DNA from: an uncultured SAR86 cluster bacterium
Lineage (GTDB): Bacteria; Pseudomonadota; Gammaproteobacteria; Magnimaribacterales; TMED112
DNA length: 64,000 nt
Assembly: GCA_902619265.1 (NCBI GenBank)
Contig: CACNDL010000003.1
Span: forward strand, 71,096-135,095
Direction of reading: 5' to 3'
A model generated the notes under the pieces. It was not told the DNA's origin, made no database searches, and was given only the letters and a program-made list of their open reading frames with translations. Position numbers and translations under genes: made by a program. Below, in pieces: positions 10,202 through 19,740 of the stretch. Every line of letters begins with the position of its first letter. Within the stretch, counting starts at the first letter, position 1.

Positions 10202-12334
10202 ATGAAAAAATCTATAATAGCTCTTTTAACCCTACCTTTATTATTAAGTTCTTATGGCGGTATGTGGGAACCATATCAAATGCCGAGTCTTAAAAAAGAA
10301 CTACGTGACGCAGGTTTCTATAAAAACGTCGAAAGTATCAGCAACCCCTTCGAGTATCCAATGAATGCAATCGTTAGTTTAGGGTATTGTTCAGCAGCTT
10401 TTATTTCGCCAGAAGGGTTAATTGCAACGAATTACCATTGTGTCGAAAGAGATTTCATACAACCTAATTCATCTTTAGAGAATGATCTGTTTGAAAAAGG
10501 CTTTCTTGCGAGGTCAAAAGCAGAGGAGCTGCAAGCAGCTCCTGGACAGAAAATCTATGTGACTCTAGAAAGCAAAGATATAACAAATGAAATTCTTCAG
10601 GGCACTTCTGATGAAACTGAAAGTCTGGAAAGATTTAAAATAATCGAAAACAATAGCAAAGCAATTATAAGAGAATGTGAAACTTCTGATGAAATCGAGT
10701 GTAGGGTACGTTCTTTTTACAGCGGGGAAACCTATAAACTGGAGAAGGTATTGCAACTGAGAGATGTTAGGTTAGTTTATGCACCACCTGCACACGTCGG
10801 CGAATATGGTGGTGAAATTGACAATTGGATGTATCCAAGACATACCGGAGATTTTGCTTTGGTGAGAGCTTATGTTGGAAAAGACGGCACAAGTAAAGTC
10901 TATGCAGATGATAATATACCTTTCACTTCAGACTCCTATTTAAAAATATCTGCAAAAGGTGTTGAGGAAGACGATTTTGTCATGATTCTAGGTTATCCAG
11001 GCAGAACAAACCGATTGTTAACATTTAATCAAAGAGAGTACGATTTGAGTGAAGGTTTTCAAAATTACGTAGATTTTCTTGAAAGCAGAATAAACCTCAT
11101 TGAAACACATACCAACGATGAGGACGGTTCTAGTTTAGTTTATAGAGGAACAAAAAGCGGCGCAGAAAATTATTATAAAAAGATCTCAGGTCAAATTCAG
11201 GGAGCAAAAAATTTCAACGTCCTCGAAAATGAAAGAAATAATTGGAGAGGTTTTATGCAATATGTGGAAAAGAATGCAACTGCCCAAGAGAAAGCATATC
11301 TAAATGAACTCCTAGCAATAATCGATAAGGACATTGCAACTACAGAATCTAATAGATATTTTGGTGGATCAACTTTAATTCAGTTTGCTAATTATCTTTT
11401 AAGAAATGCTGAACAAAGAAATAAACCCGATCTAGAGAGAAAATCAGGTTATCAAGATAGAGATCAAGAAGCTATCCAAAACCAAATAAAATACTTAAAT
11501 AATGCTTTCAATATCAGAGTCGATAAAGAATTATTTTTAGCAAATATAAAGAAATACCGAACTTTTGATGCAGACTTACGTAGACCAATATACAGCCAAG
11601 CTTTAAATCTCGATTCTGATGAGAACACCATGCTTTTGAAAATTGATGAAATTTATTCAACAAATTATTCAACACCAGAAAAAATGCTTGAATTATATGA
11701 GATGAGTTTTGAAGAGATGATGAATCTTGAAGATCCTCTAATTGATTTCTTAAAAGTTGTGTACGAAGAAAACCTTAGTTATGAAGAAAAGGGTGAAAAA
11801 AGTGCGGCTCGCAAGCAGTTACTAAAATCAAAATTTATTAAACTTCTCAGAAATTACTATGACTCAATTGATAAGCAAATTTATGCTGATGCAAACTCTA
11901 CATTAAGAGTTACTTTTGGAAATGTTTTGGGCATTTCTTTGCAGGATGCAGTTTATTATCATCCTTTTACGTCTCTTGAAGGCATAGTAAAAAAGAATAC
12001 TGGTGAAGAGCCTTTCAATATTTCAAAAAAATTAGAAAATTTAATTAATTCAAAAGATTACGGTGCTTATGAAAGTAAAAAATTAGGTTCTGTGCCAGTG
12101 AATTTTTTATCTGATTTAGATATTACTAATGGAAACTCAGGTTCAGCAACAATTAATAAAAACTTTGAACTTGTAGGTTTGGCTTTTGATGGAATGTTGG
12201 AAACCATCATTTCTGATTACAGTTTTGTGCCACAGGCAAGAACAATATCAGTTGATTCAAGATATCTTTTATGGACTTTAGATAAAGTGGAAAACGCTGA
12301 AAATATACTTGAAGAAATTACAATTGTTAACTGA
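10202..12334 (+). CDS. Peptidase S46 family dipeptidyl-peptidase (DPP7/DPP11-like), secreted
   Basis: Signal peptide. Catalytic His context ATNYHCV near the N-terminus. Catalytic Ser context TNGNSGSA near the C-terminus. ~710 aa. AGGAG upstream of the ATG. Confidence 0.85.
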   Translation: MKKSIIALLTLPLLLSSYGGMWEPYQMPSLKKELRDAGFYKNVESISNPFEYPMNAIVSLGYCSAAFISPEGLIATNYHCVERDFIQPNSSLENDLFEKGFLARSKAEELQAAPGQKIYVTLESKDITNEILQGTSDETESLERFKIIENNSKAIIRECETSDEIECRVRSFYSGETYKLEKVLQLRDVRLVYAPPAHVGEYGGEIDNWMYPRHTGDFALVRAYVGKDGTSKVYADDNIPFTSDSYLKISAKGVEEDDFVMILGYPGRTNRLLTFNQREYDLSEGFQNYVDFLESRINLIETHTNDEDGSSLVYRGTKSGAENYYKKISGQIQGAKNFNVLENERNNWRGFMQYVEKNATAQEKAYLNELLAIIDKDIATTESNRYFGGSTLIQFANYLLRNAEQRNKPDLERKSGYQDRDQEAIQNQIKYLNNAFNIRVDKELFLANIKKYRTFDADLRRPIYSQALNLDSDENTMLLKIDEIYSTNYSTPEKMLELYEMSFEEMMNLEDPLIDFLKVVYEENLSYEEKGEKSAARKQLLKSKFIKLLRNYYDSIDKQIYADANSTLRVTFGNVLGISLQDAVYYHPFTSLEGIVKKNTGEEPFNISKKLENLINSKDYGAYESKKLGSVPVNFLSDLDITNGNSGSATINKNFELVGLAFDGMLETIISDYSFVPQARTISVDSRYLLWTLDKVENAENILEEITIVN

Positions 12335-12365
12335 GAAGTTGAAAAATATTCACTTTCTACTCATA

Positions 12366-12677
12366 ATGTCAATTATGAAATATTTACTAACATTATTTTT
12401 AATGTTCGGAATTAATTTTTCCGTATTTGCTGATGATCAGGACGTTGAGCATACTCATGAAGATGAATATGAAGATGGTTGCGATAATGATCTTGATGAT
12501 GATATGGATGGAGACGTTGACGGTGACGATGAAGACTGTGCCGGCGTACTTCTTGTAGCAGATTCTGATGACGGTTTTCTTGGCGGAAACATGTCAGCAT
12601 ACCTAGTTTGGGGTGTTGGACTTGCATTGATTAATTCTGATTTTGGTTCTGATTCTGGAACAGCAACCGGAGATTAA
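12366..12677 (+). CDS. Small secreted poly-acidic protein with a thrombospondin-type-3-like Ca-binding motif
   Basis: The in-frame ATGs at 12366 and 12375 give MKYLLTLFLMFGINFSVFA, a signal peptide. The mature part is about half Asp/Glu. CDNDLDDDMDGDVDGDDEDC matches DxDxDGxxDxxD and is flanked by two Cys. There is a C-terminal hydrophobic stretch, AYLVWGVGLALI. The ORF-track TTG start at 12309 lies inside the S46 gene and is less likely. Confidence 0.5.
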   Translation: MSIMKYLLTLFLMFGINFSVFADDQDVEHTHEDEYEDGCDNDLDDDMDGDVDGDDEDCAGVLLVADSDDGFLGGNMSAYLVWGVGLALINSDFGSDSGTATGD

Positions 12678-12682
12678 AAAAA

Positions 12683-14668
12683 TTATAAATTAAATCTAAT
12701 GAGCTCATTATAGAGCTCATAAGGTTTGTTTAATTTGGAACCTGGATCTTTTGTTAAAGGCTTCCAACCATACGAATTTAAACTTTTTCTACCAAATAGA
12801 TCGAAGGGTATTTTAAAAAATACACCCTTATCGAATGACCCTTCTCCATATTCATCAAATGAAACATCTGTGAACGTAGCGTAAGCACCCATCTCTGCTC
12901 CATTTTTAAACCTTTTCCAAACTTTTAAAGTACCACCTTCGTCGCCAGCTAAATATTGGCCCCAGGAAAGTTTGCTATAAAGTCCACTTTCACCAAACTT
13001 ATAATATAGATTTGCATGTGCAGTAGTTTTCATATAATCCAACATTTTAAAATCATATTCATAACCCCTTTTTTTGACTCTAAAAATTTCAAAACCATAG
13101 GAAAGATTTCTATCCACTGCATGATTTAGGTACTCTATACCAAAGCCATTAAACATTTCCTCTAGAATGCCCCCAGTAATATATAAGTAAGAGTCACTAG
13201 AGAGTTTAGTGAATTTATTAATATTTAGTCTTCTAATGGCAATGCCTTCATCTATACCATTCAGATAGTCTTTAATATCCGTTCTAACTTGAGCAGGATA
13301 GGTATCTACAGGGGGAATAAAGAGCTCATCAAAATTATTATTTAAAGATACAGCTAGTTGGGAATCTATAAAAAGATCGTTAGAAAACATATATTTTGAA
13401 AGGTGTTCAAGAAATAAACCATAGTAGAGAAAACCTTCTCTAGAACCAATAAAAGTCCTAACTTTTGGTTGTAAAAATTGAAAATATCTTGGGAATTCTC
13501 CTTGCTTGTTATACACATTTCTCACAATCGTTTTAGCAGGCTGATTTGATGATTCGCCATTTAAATTTTTTATATTTGAGTTGAGATTAGAAACTTCAAA
13601 ACCATTTACAAAGTTTTTAATGGTAATTTCATCTTTATTAGTCAGGCTGATATCTTGATTTAGTTCATATAGAACTGAAACTAATTTTTCAGGACTTTGA
13701 TAACTAACTTGGCGCAATCCTAAAACTAGTTGGTTTTCTTCGTCATAACTGAGCTCTTCTAGAGAAATGCCATTGTTTTGTAAATTTACAATAAGTTGCG
13801 CTAGTTTCGAATCAGTATCAACCTTTTGGTAGCTGTAGGTATTAATATTTCTGGTTTTAACATTGTCGGTAAAGATAAATTTCACACCTATATAATTACC
13901 TCGTTCAAAACTTACAGAGCTTTGCACTGTATTGGAAACTTTAAAATCTATAGCAACATTTATGTTGGTTGCTGGCTCCTCGTAACCAACTAATCCAGGC
14001 GTGATTGTTGGATCGTATTCTGCTTTTAAGTTAACTTTATTATTGATTGTATAATTTAGGCCGCCAAAAAATGCTGCTTTTTCACCAGCAAAATAAGAAT
14101 CAAAATTAAATTCTCCTCCTTCACCAGAAGCAAGCACCCGTTCTCCAAAGCTATCACTTATGATTTTAAATGGATTTTTAAATGTTGCAGAACCAGCTAA
14201 GTTGCCCCAACCAACTCCAAGGGTAAAATCAAAATTATTTATCTTATAACTTGATACCAAATACTCTGAGGCATAAATCCCAGTGCCAGCAAAATCATTT
14301 AATCCAACGGCTAAAGCTGGATAATCGCCTTGATCTTTAAGTTTGACTTTAACATTGAAACCTTTGTCTTTGTAAGACTGTGAATATCCATCTCCATAAG
14401 CTTTACCAGTTATATCTGAGTAATAAAAACCACCCTCCATCCAATTAAAAGGTGAAAAAGTGAATGAATATTTTCTATCTGGTTCTCCTCTATAAATCGT
14501 TAAGGCAGATACCCCTTCATCACTAAATCTTGCGCTAGGTACATTAATGAGGCCCGAAATACCATGATTATTTTTCGAGATATAATTACTATTGCTATCA
14601 GATGAGGCAAACAAAGTAAAACAGAATGTTATTAAGCAGAGAATGAGATTTTTAGTATTCACAAACAA
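12683..14668 (-). CDS. YjbH-family (DUF940) outer-membrane protein
   Basis: 661 aa. Signal peptide. N-terminal GLINVPSARFSDEGVSALTIY resembles the conserved YjbH N-terminal motif as I recall it. The composition is aromatic/Gly-rich and beta-barrel-like, with a C-terminal aromatic-rich end. Confidence 0.7.
   Translation of the reverse strand: MFVNTKNLILCLITFCFTLFASSDSNSNYISKNNHGISGLINVPSARFSDEGVSALTIYRGEPDRKYSFTFSPFNWMEGGFYYSDITGKAYGDGYSQSYKDKGFNVKVKLKDQGDYPALAVGLNDFAGTGIYASEYLVSSYKINNFDFTLGVGWGNLAGSATFKNPFKIISDSFGERVLASGEGGEFNFDSYFAGEKAAFFGGLNYTINNKVNLKAEYDPTITPGLVGYEEPATNINVAIDFKVSNTVQSSVSFERGNYIGVKFIFTDNVKTRNINTYSYQKVDTDSKLAQLIVNLQNNGISLEELSYDEENQLVLGLRQVSYQSPEKLVSVLYELNQDISLTNKDEITIKNFVNGFEVSNLNSNIKNLNGESSNQPAKTIVRNVYNKQGEFPRYFQFLQPKVRTFIGSREGFLYYGLFLEHLSKYMFSNDLFIDSQLAVSLNNNFDELFIPPVDTYPAQVRTDIKDYLNGIDEGIAIRRLNINKFTKLSSDSYLYITGGILEEMFNGFGIEYLNHAVDRNLSYGFEIFRVKKRGYEYDFKMLDYMKTTAHANLYYKFGESGLYSKLSWGQYLAGDEGGTLKVWKRFKNGAEMGAYATFTDVSFDEYGEGSFDKGVFFKIPFDLFGRKSLNSYGWKPLTKDPGSKLNKPYELYNELIRFNL
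12699..12720. terminator. Candidate hairpin ATGAGCTC-ATTATA-GAGCTCAT between convergent genes
   Basis: Perfect 8-bp stem and 6-nt loop, 22 nt after the stop of the small acidic-protein gene, followed by a T-rich stretch (GGTTTGTTTAATTT). It lies inside the last codons of the yjbH-like gene. Confidence 0.35.
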
Positions 14669-14719
14669 AGTGTACCTTAATATTAGTTTTGTAATGAAAG
14701 ATATGGTGAAATTAAATTT

Positions 14720-15502
14720 ATGAAGAGATGGTTTTTCTTAATTTTTTTTCTTGCATCCTGTTCAATAAATGAAACCAAAAATACCCCACTTTTTATAGCA
14801 GCTGATTCAAGCTCATTTGTAATATTAGATAAGAATAAATTTTCTGGAGAAGGTTTTGAAATCATTAAAGGAAAAAAGAATTTTATTATTGTTGGATTAC
14901 CGTACGTTGATAACGAGGAAATTCGAAATTATGGCGAATACGTCATTAAAATTTTGCCAAAATTTTTTGGTGAGTCACGTATTGAAATATCTGACAGTAA
15001 TCTTGTTACACCTAAGTTATCTGATCAAGAAAGAGCATCTGCAGAGTATCTAAAAGTTAAGAAGATAGTAAAAGGTAAAACCAGCCAATTTGATAATGAT
15101 TTTAAATTTATTCCTCCAGTCAACTCAGTTATCACCAGTCAATTTGGAAAACGTAGATTCATAAACGGCAATCCTAGATCTCCTCATATGGCCTTAGATA
15201 TTAGAGGTAATGTAGGAAGGGAAATAGTTGCACCAAAGACGGGTAGAGTAGTTATGGCAGAACAACATTTCTATGGAGGCAATAAAATTATTCTTGATCA
15301 CGGAGGTGGTCTTTTTACAGCTTATTCTCACTTAAATGAGTTTGAGGTTGAGGAAGGAGATATCGTTATGCAAGGCGACATTATTGGATATGTTGGAATG
15401 ACCGGACGAGTAACTGGACCACACTTACATTGGGAGGTTTATTTAAATGAAGAACGAATTAATCCAGAACTTTTAATTGATCTTAAATATGCTCAAGATT
15501 GA
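14720..15502 (+). CDS. M23 family metallopeptidase lipoprotein
   Basis: Lipobox FLASC. M23 motifs PHMALDI and GPHLHWEV. Confidence 0.85.
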   Translation: MKRWFFLIFFLASCSINETKNTPLFIAADSSSFVILDKNKFSGEGFEIIKGKKNFIIVGLPYVDNEEIRNYGEYVIKILPKFFGESRIEISDSNLVTPKLSDQERASAEYLKVKKIVKGKTSQFDNDFKFIPPVNSVITSQFGKRRFINGNPRSPHMALDIRGNVGREIVAPKTGRVVMAEQHFYGGNKIILDHGGGLFTAYSHLNEFEVEEGDIVMQGDIIGYVGMTGRVTGPHLHWEVYLNEERINPELLIDLKYAQD

Positions 15503-16095
15503 AGAAAATATTTAGACCAGGATTCGTTGTCTTTTTCATAGCATTCACGATAATTTAAACGGTCATCATTTGCTTCCCAAAATTCAAAAAAATGAACTTT
15601 GATTTGATATCCACCCCAATTATCTGGTCTTGAGTGGCTGTAATCACCATTTTCAACCCTTTCTTTCATAGCTTCATATTTTTGTTTTAGTAAATCATAG
15701 GATTCTATTTTTTTGGATTGTTCCGAGACTAGGGCCGCGACATTTTTTTCTGGCTTTCTACCTTGAAAATGTTCATCAGAGAACTTTTCTTCACATTTGC
15801 TTATGGTGCCCTCAATCCTTACCTGAACTTCTATGTTCGGCCACCAAAAATTTATACAAACTTTATCGTTATCGATAAAATTCTGTGCTTTATGACTTTC
15901 ATAATTACTAAAAAAAATTAAATTGTCTTCGAAGAAATATTTAAAGTTTACAAACCTAGAATGTGGTTGATTATTTTTATCTACAGAACTTATGCAACCA
16001 GCTTCAGCAAATTTATCGCCATGGTTCTCAGCCCTACCATAGTAGTCTTGAAACATTTGAAAAGGACTATCTGAGGGCAGGTTGCTAAATAACAT
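15493..16095 (-). CDS. pdxH: Pyridoxamine 5'-phosphate oxidase
   Basis: 200 aa FMN-binding split-barrel protein. The C-terminal FEFWEANDDRLNYRECY resembles the PdxH tail. 1-nt TAATG overlap with pyk upstream. Confidence 0.75.
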   Translation of the reverse strand: MLFSNLPSDSPFQMFQDYYGRAENHGDKFAEAGCISSVDKNNQPHSRFVNFKYFFEDNLIFFSNYESHKAQNFIDNDKVCINFWWPNIEVQVRIEGTISKCEEKFSDEHFQGRKPEKNVAALVSEQSKKIESYDLLKQKYEAMKERVENGDYSHSRPDNWGGYQIKVHFFEFWEANDDRLNYRECYEKDNESWSKYFLQS

Positions 16096-17492
16096 TATTT
16101 GAGAAATCTAATTTGTAAAGCATCAGCATATTCATCTGAGAATATTCCAGAAATGACTATAAATTTCTTTTTACCTCTCAGCCTAAAATCATTTTTCAAA
16201 ATATCAAAAGCTGCAGAAATTGTTTTTTCATGATCTTTTTTGAAACCAAGAAAGATATTTTCTAACGACGAGGCCATTGACAATTTATTCTGTGTCGAAC
16301 GATCGTTTGTAAATGCGTACACAGGAACTCTTGGTCTTGCCGATGAGATTAAATTAGCTGTAAAACCACTTCGCGTTAAGACAACAATAGCATCAGCATT
16401 GATTCTTTTTGAGAGCTTCACAGAAGTTGAAGCTAAGGTATGCCAATCACTGACATATTTCATATTATTTTCGAAGTGAAGTGTTTCAGATCTCTCCGCA
16501 TTTTTCGCGATATCACTTAAGTATTTCACACATCTGAGAGGAAAATCACCAACAGTAGTTTCAGCTGAAAGCATCAAGGCATCTGTCCCTTCGTAAACTG
16601 CATTGGCTACATCGGAAACTTCAGCCCGTGTAGGATGAGGATTAGATATCATAGATTCCAATAACTGAGTTGCTACAATACATTTCTTGCCTGATTGAAG
16701 AGCCACTCTAACCATTTTTCTCTGTACATAAGGTAGGTTCGTAATATCGGTCTCTATGCCTAAGTCACCACGAGCAACCAGCAACCCATCACTATGTTTA
16801 GTGATTGCTACAATGTTATCCATGCCTTGTTGTTCTTCAATTTTTGCAAAAATTTCAGGTTTATTCTTAACTCTTTTTAGTAGATTGGATAATTCTTTGA
16901 TGTCTTTATCGGATCTGGCAAAAGATAAAGCTATAAAATCAACTCCAAGCTTAACACCTTCTTTGATATCCCTTTTATCTTTTGCAGTTATAGTTGGAAG
17001 TTTTATTTTAGCTCCAGGAAAATTAACGTGTTTTTTACCTGCTATGACTCCAGCATCTAGAGCACTACATTGAATTCGACCAGAGACAATTTTTTTAATT
17101 TTCAGATCAATCAATCCATTATCAAGTGAAATTTTTCCTCCAACTTTAAGACCTTTGATGTAACTTAGATTATCAATTAAGACTTCTTTAACCCTCTTAT
17201 CTTTCAGCTTTTCACAGAGAATAACCTGATCACCTTTTTTAATGACAACATCAGTCTTGAAGTTTGATGTTCTAATTTCAGGTCCCTGTGTGTCGATCAT
17301 TAATCCAATTGAAGATGTTATTTTTTTGTTTAATTTAGTGACAATTGAAGAGATATCTCTTAGATCATCCAATGATGCGTGTGACATATTGACCCTCACA
17401 ACATTCATACCGTTTTGATAGAGTTTAAAAATCGTGTCTGCTGACTTAGAAGATGGGCCTATTGTTGCGATAATTTTTGTTCTTTTATGCAT
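16095..17492 (-). CDS. pyk: Pyruvate kinase
   Basis: Motifs KIIATIGPSS, VNMSHAS, MIDTQGPEIRT, LVARGDLGIE and VATQLLESM. 465 aa. Confidence 0.92.
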   Translation of the reverse strand: MHKRTKIIATIGPSSKSADTIFKLYQNGMNVVRVNMSHASLDDLRDISSIVTKLNKKITSSIGLMIDTQGPEIRTSNFKTDVVIKKGDQVILCEKLKDKRVKEVLIDNLSYIKGLKVGGKISLDNGLIDLKIKKIVSGRIQCSALDAGVIAGKKHVNFPGAKIKLPTITAKDKRDIKEGVKLGVDFIALSFARSDKDIKELSNLLKRVKNKPEIFAKIEEQQGMDNIVAITKHSDGLLVARGDLGIETDITNLPYVQRKMVRVALQSGKKCIVATQLLESMISNPHPTRAEVSDVANAVYEGTDALMLSAETTVGDFPLRCVKYLSDIAKNAERSETLHFENNMKYVSDWHTLASTSVKLSKRINADAIVVLTRSGFTANLISSARPRVPVYAFTNDRSTQNKLSMASSLENIFLGFKKDHEKTISAAFDILKNDFRLRGKKKFIVISGIFSDEYADALQIRFLK

Positions 17493-17524
17493 AAGATAAT
17501 TATGGATTCTATTATAATCATATT

Positions 17525-18718
17525 GTGAGTAAAAGTTTTTACAACTTTATTGATAACGAAGTGTCTGAAATAGTGGCTGATAACCTTTTTAAAGACGAGA
17601 GGTTAATTTCAACACCACAACAAACTGCCATTAAATTAAGTACTGGAAAAGAGGTATTAAACTTTTGCGCCAACGATTATTTAGGCCTTGCTAATAACGA
17701 TCAAATTAAAAAAGCTGCTTCAAACTCGGTTGTTGATGATGGCTTTGGTATGGCTTCAGTTAGGTTTATATGTGGCACCAATAATTTACACAGAGAATTA
17801 GAAAACAAACTAAGTAAATTTTTGGGTTTTGAAGACACAATTTTATACGTTGCTTGTTTTGATGCTAATGGCGGATTATTTGAACCACTATTCAGTAAAG
17901 AGGATGCCATTATAAGTGACGCGTTGAATCATGCCTCTATTATTGATGGCATTAGGTTATGTAAAGCGCAAAGATACAGGTATGACCACAGTGATATGGA
18001 TAGTTTAGAAAACTGCTTAAAAGAAGCAGTCAAAAATAATGCTAGGCATAAAGTGATTGCTACAGATGGAGTCTTTTCAATGGATGGTACGTATGCCAAA
18101 CTCGATGAAATTTGTCAATTAGCTGAACAGTATGATGCACTCGTGATGGTTGATGATTGCCATGCAACTGGTTTTGTGGGAGAACAAGGAAAAGGTACAC
18201 CGGAGCATTTTGGTGTTGAGGGTAAAATAGATATATTGACTGGCACATTAGGCAAAGCTTTAGGTGGTGCTTCTGGAGGTTTTGTTTGCGCAAAAGAAAA
18301 TGTCGTTAAATTACTCAAACAAAGATCAAGGCCTTATCTTTTCTCCAATGCTTTGGCACCTTCTATAGTCAAAGCTTCAATGGTTGCATTAGATATTATC
18401 GAAAATGAACCTGAAAGAAGAGAACGCATTAAGGAAAATACCCAATATTTTCGTGAAAAAATGGCAGCATTAGGTTTTAGTTTAAAGGGTAACTCTCATC
18501 CCATAACACCTGTCATGCTAGGTGATGCTGAAGTAGCTCAAAAAATGTCAAAAGAACTACTTGAGCATGGTTTATATGCAGTAGGTTTCTTTTACCCTGT
18601 TGTGCCCAAAGGCCAAGCGAGAATAAGATTGCAAATTACTAGTGAACATAACAAAGAACAACTCGACAAAGCTGTAGATATTTTTGAAAAAATAGGAAAA
18701 TCTCTAGGAGTCATATGA
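17525..18718 (+). CDS. kbl: 2-amino-3-ketobutyrate CoA ligase (glycine C-acetyltransferase)
   Basis: 397-aa PLP enzyme. Motifs [19 protein letters not shown], and the Lys in [12 protein letters not shown] start. Coupled to tdh by a 4-nt overlap, the classic kbl-tdh pair. Confidence 0.9.
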   Translation: MSKSFYNFIDNEVSEIVADNLFKDERLISTPQQTAIKLSTGKEVLNFCANDYLGLANNDQIKKAASNSVVDDGFGMASVRFICGTNNLHRELENKLSKFLGFEDTILYVACFDANGGLFEPLFSKEDAIISDALNHASIIDGIRLCKAQRYRYDHSDMDSLENCLKEAVKNNARHKVIATDGVFSMDGTYAKLDEICQLAEQYDALVMVDDCHATGFVGEQGKGTPEHFGVEGKIDILTGTLGKALGGASGGFVCAKENVVKLLKQRSRPYLFSNALAPSIVKASMVALDIIENEPERRERIKENTQYFREKMAALGFSLKGNSHPITPVMLGDAEVAQKMSKELLEHGLYAVGFFYPVVPKGQARIRLQITSEHNKEQLDKAVDIFEKIGKSLGVI

Positions 18719-19740
18719 AAGCTTTAGTAAAAACAGAAAATGCAGTCGGTTTAAAGTTGCAAGATATTGAAGTTCCTCAACTTCGTTCTGACGATATTCT
18801 TATCAAGGTTAAAAAAACAGCGATTTGTGGCACTGATTTGCATATTTGGAATTGGGATAAGTGGGCAAGCAATACAATAAAACCACCTATGACGATTGGT
18901 CATGAGTTTATGGGTGAAGTGCACGAACTAGGTGCTAATGTTAAAAATTTTAAGATTGGTGATAGGGTATCTGCTGAATCACATATTACGGGCTTAAAGA
19001 GTAGAAATGCTAAAGCAGGTAAACTTCATTTAGACCCCGACACTGTAAATATTGGTGTTGATAGAGATGGTGCCTTTGCAGAATTTATTGCAGTGCCTGG
19101 AAAAAATGTTATTAAGTTGCCAGATAATATCTCCGATGAAATAGGTGCGATTCTCGATCCTTTTGGAAATGCAGTACATGCTACTTTATCTTTCGACTTG
19201 GTTGGAGAGGATGTGCTTGTAACAGGAGCTGGACCAATTGGGATTATGTCAGCGGCAATTGCAAAATATGTAGGTGCTCGAAACGTCTTACTCACCGATA
19301 TTAATGACAATAGACTTAAACTCGCAAAAGAGGTATGCGATGTTGAGACCCTCAATCCGCTAAGTGATAATTTAAAAGCCAAAATGTCAGAAATGGGACT
19401 GAAAGAGGGATTTGATGTTGGTCTAGAAATGTCGGGTTCAGAACAAGCCATTGATCAAATGATGGACGCTATGATAATGGGCGGTAACATATCTTTGCTT
19501 GGGTTGCCTTCAGATAAAATTGAATTTGATCTTTCAAAAGCAATTTTCAAAGCTTTAAATCTTAAAGCAATCTACGGTAGAGAAATTTTTGAAACTTGGT
19601 ACAAAGGGATGGCATTAATAGATTCTGGATTAAATATTGAAAATATCATCACTCACAAATTTCATTACTCAGATTTCTCCCAAGCATTCGATTTGCTGAA
19701 TTCTGGCAAGGCAGGCAAAGTTATTCTTGACTGGAATTAA
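18715..19740 (+). CDS. tdh: L-threonine 3-dehydrogenase
   Basis: 341-aa zinc alcohol dehydrogenase fold. Motifs [21 protein letters not shown] and [10 protein letters not shown]. Confidence 0.9.
   Translation: MKALVKTENAVGLKLQDIEVPQLRSDDILIKVKKTAICGTDLHIWNWDKWASNTIKPPMTIGHEFMGEVHELGANVKNFKIGDRVSAESHITGLKSRNAKAGKLHLDPDTVNIGVDRDGAFAEFIAVPGKNVIKLPDNISDEIGAILDPFGNAVHATLSFDLVGEDVLVTGAGPIGIMSAAIAKYVGARNVLLTDINDNRLKLAKEVCDVETLNPLSDNLKAKMSEMGLKEGFDVGLEMSGSEQAIDQMMDAMIMGGNISLLGLPSDKIEFDLSKAIFKALNLKAIYGREIFETWYKGMALIDSGLNIENIITHKFHYSDFSQAFDLLNSGKAGKVILDWN

Noticed and set aside
12309-12365. TTG start at 12309 for the small acidic protein (ORF-track model)
   Set aside because: It lies inside the S46 peptidase gene and adds a non-signal-like N-terminal extension. 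The in-frame ATGs at 12366 and 12375 give a clean signal peptide.
12412-12627. His/Gln/Arg-rich 71-aa antisense ORF
   Set aside because: It is a mirror image of the GAT/GAA-rich acidic coding strand, with no independent signal.
12585-12677. GlyGly-CTERM or PEP-CTERM-type sorting signal at the C-terminus of the acidic protein
   Set aside because: GG plus a hydrophobic helix is present. The tail that follows is acidic and Ser/Gly-rich rather than the basic cluster those signals require. No rhombosortase or exosortase gene is in the window.
19026-19451. 141-aa antisense ORF inside tdh. Similar shadow ORFs lie at 765-980, 2882-3205, 16756-17073, 23093-23431, 27303-27596, 27990-28367, 29600-29986, 31518-31838 and 46194-46523, among others.
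   Set aside because: All lie entirely within genes that have strong motif support on the other strand. All have Ser/Phe/Leu/Ile-rich low-complexity translations typical of antisense frames.
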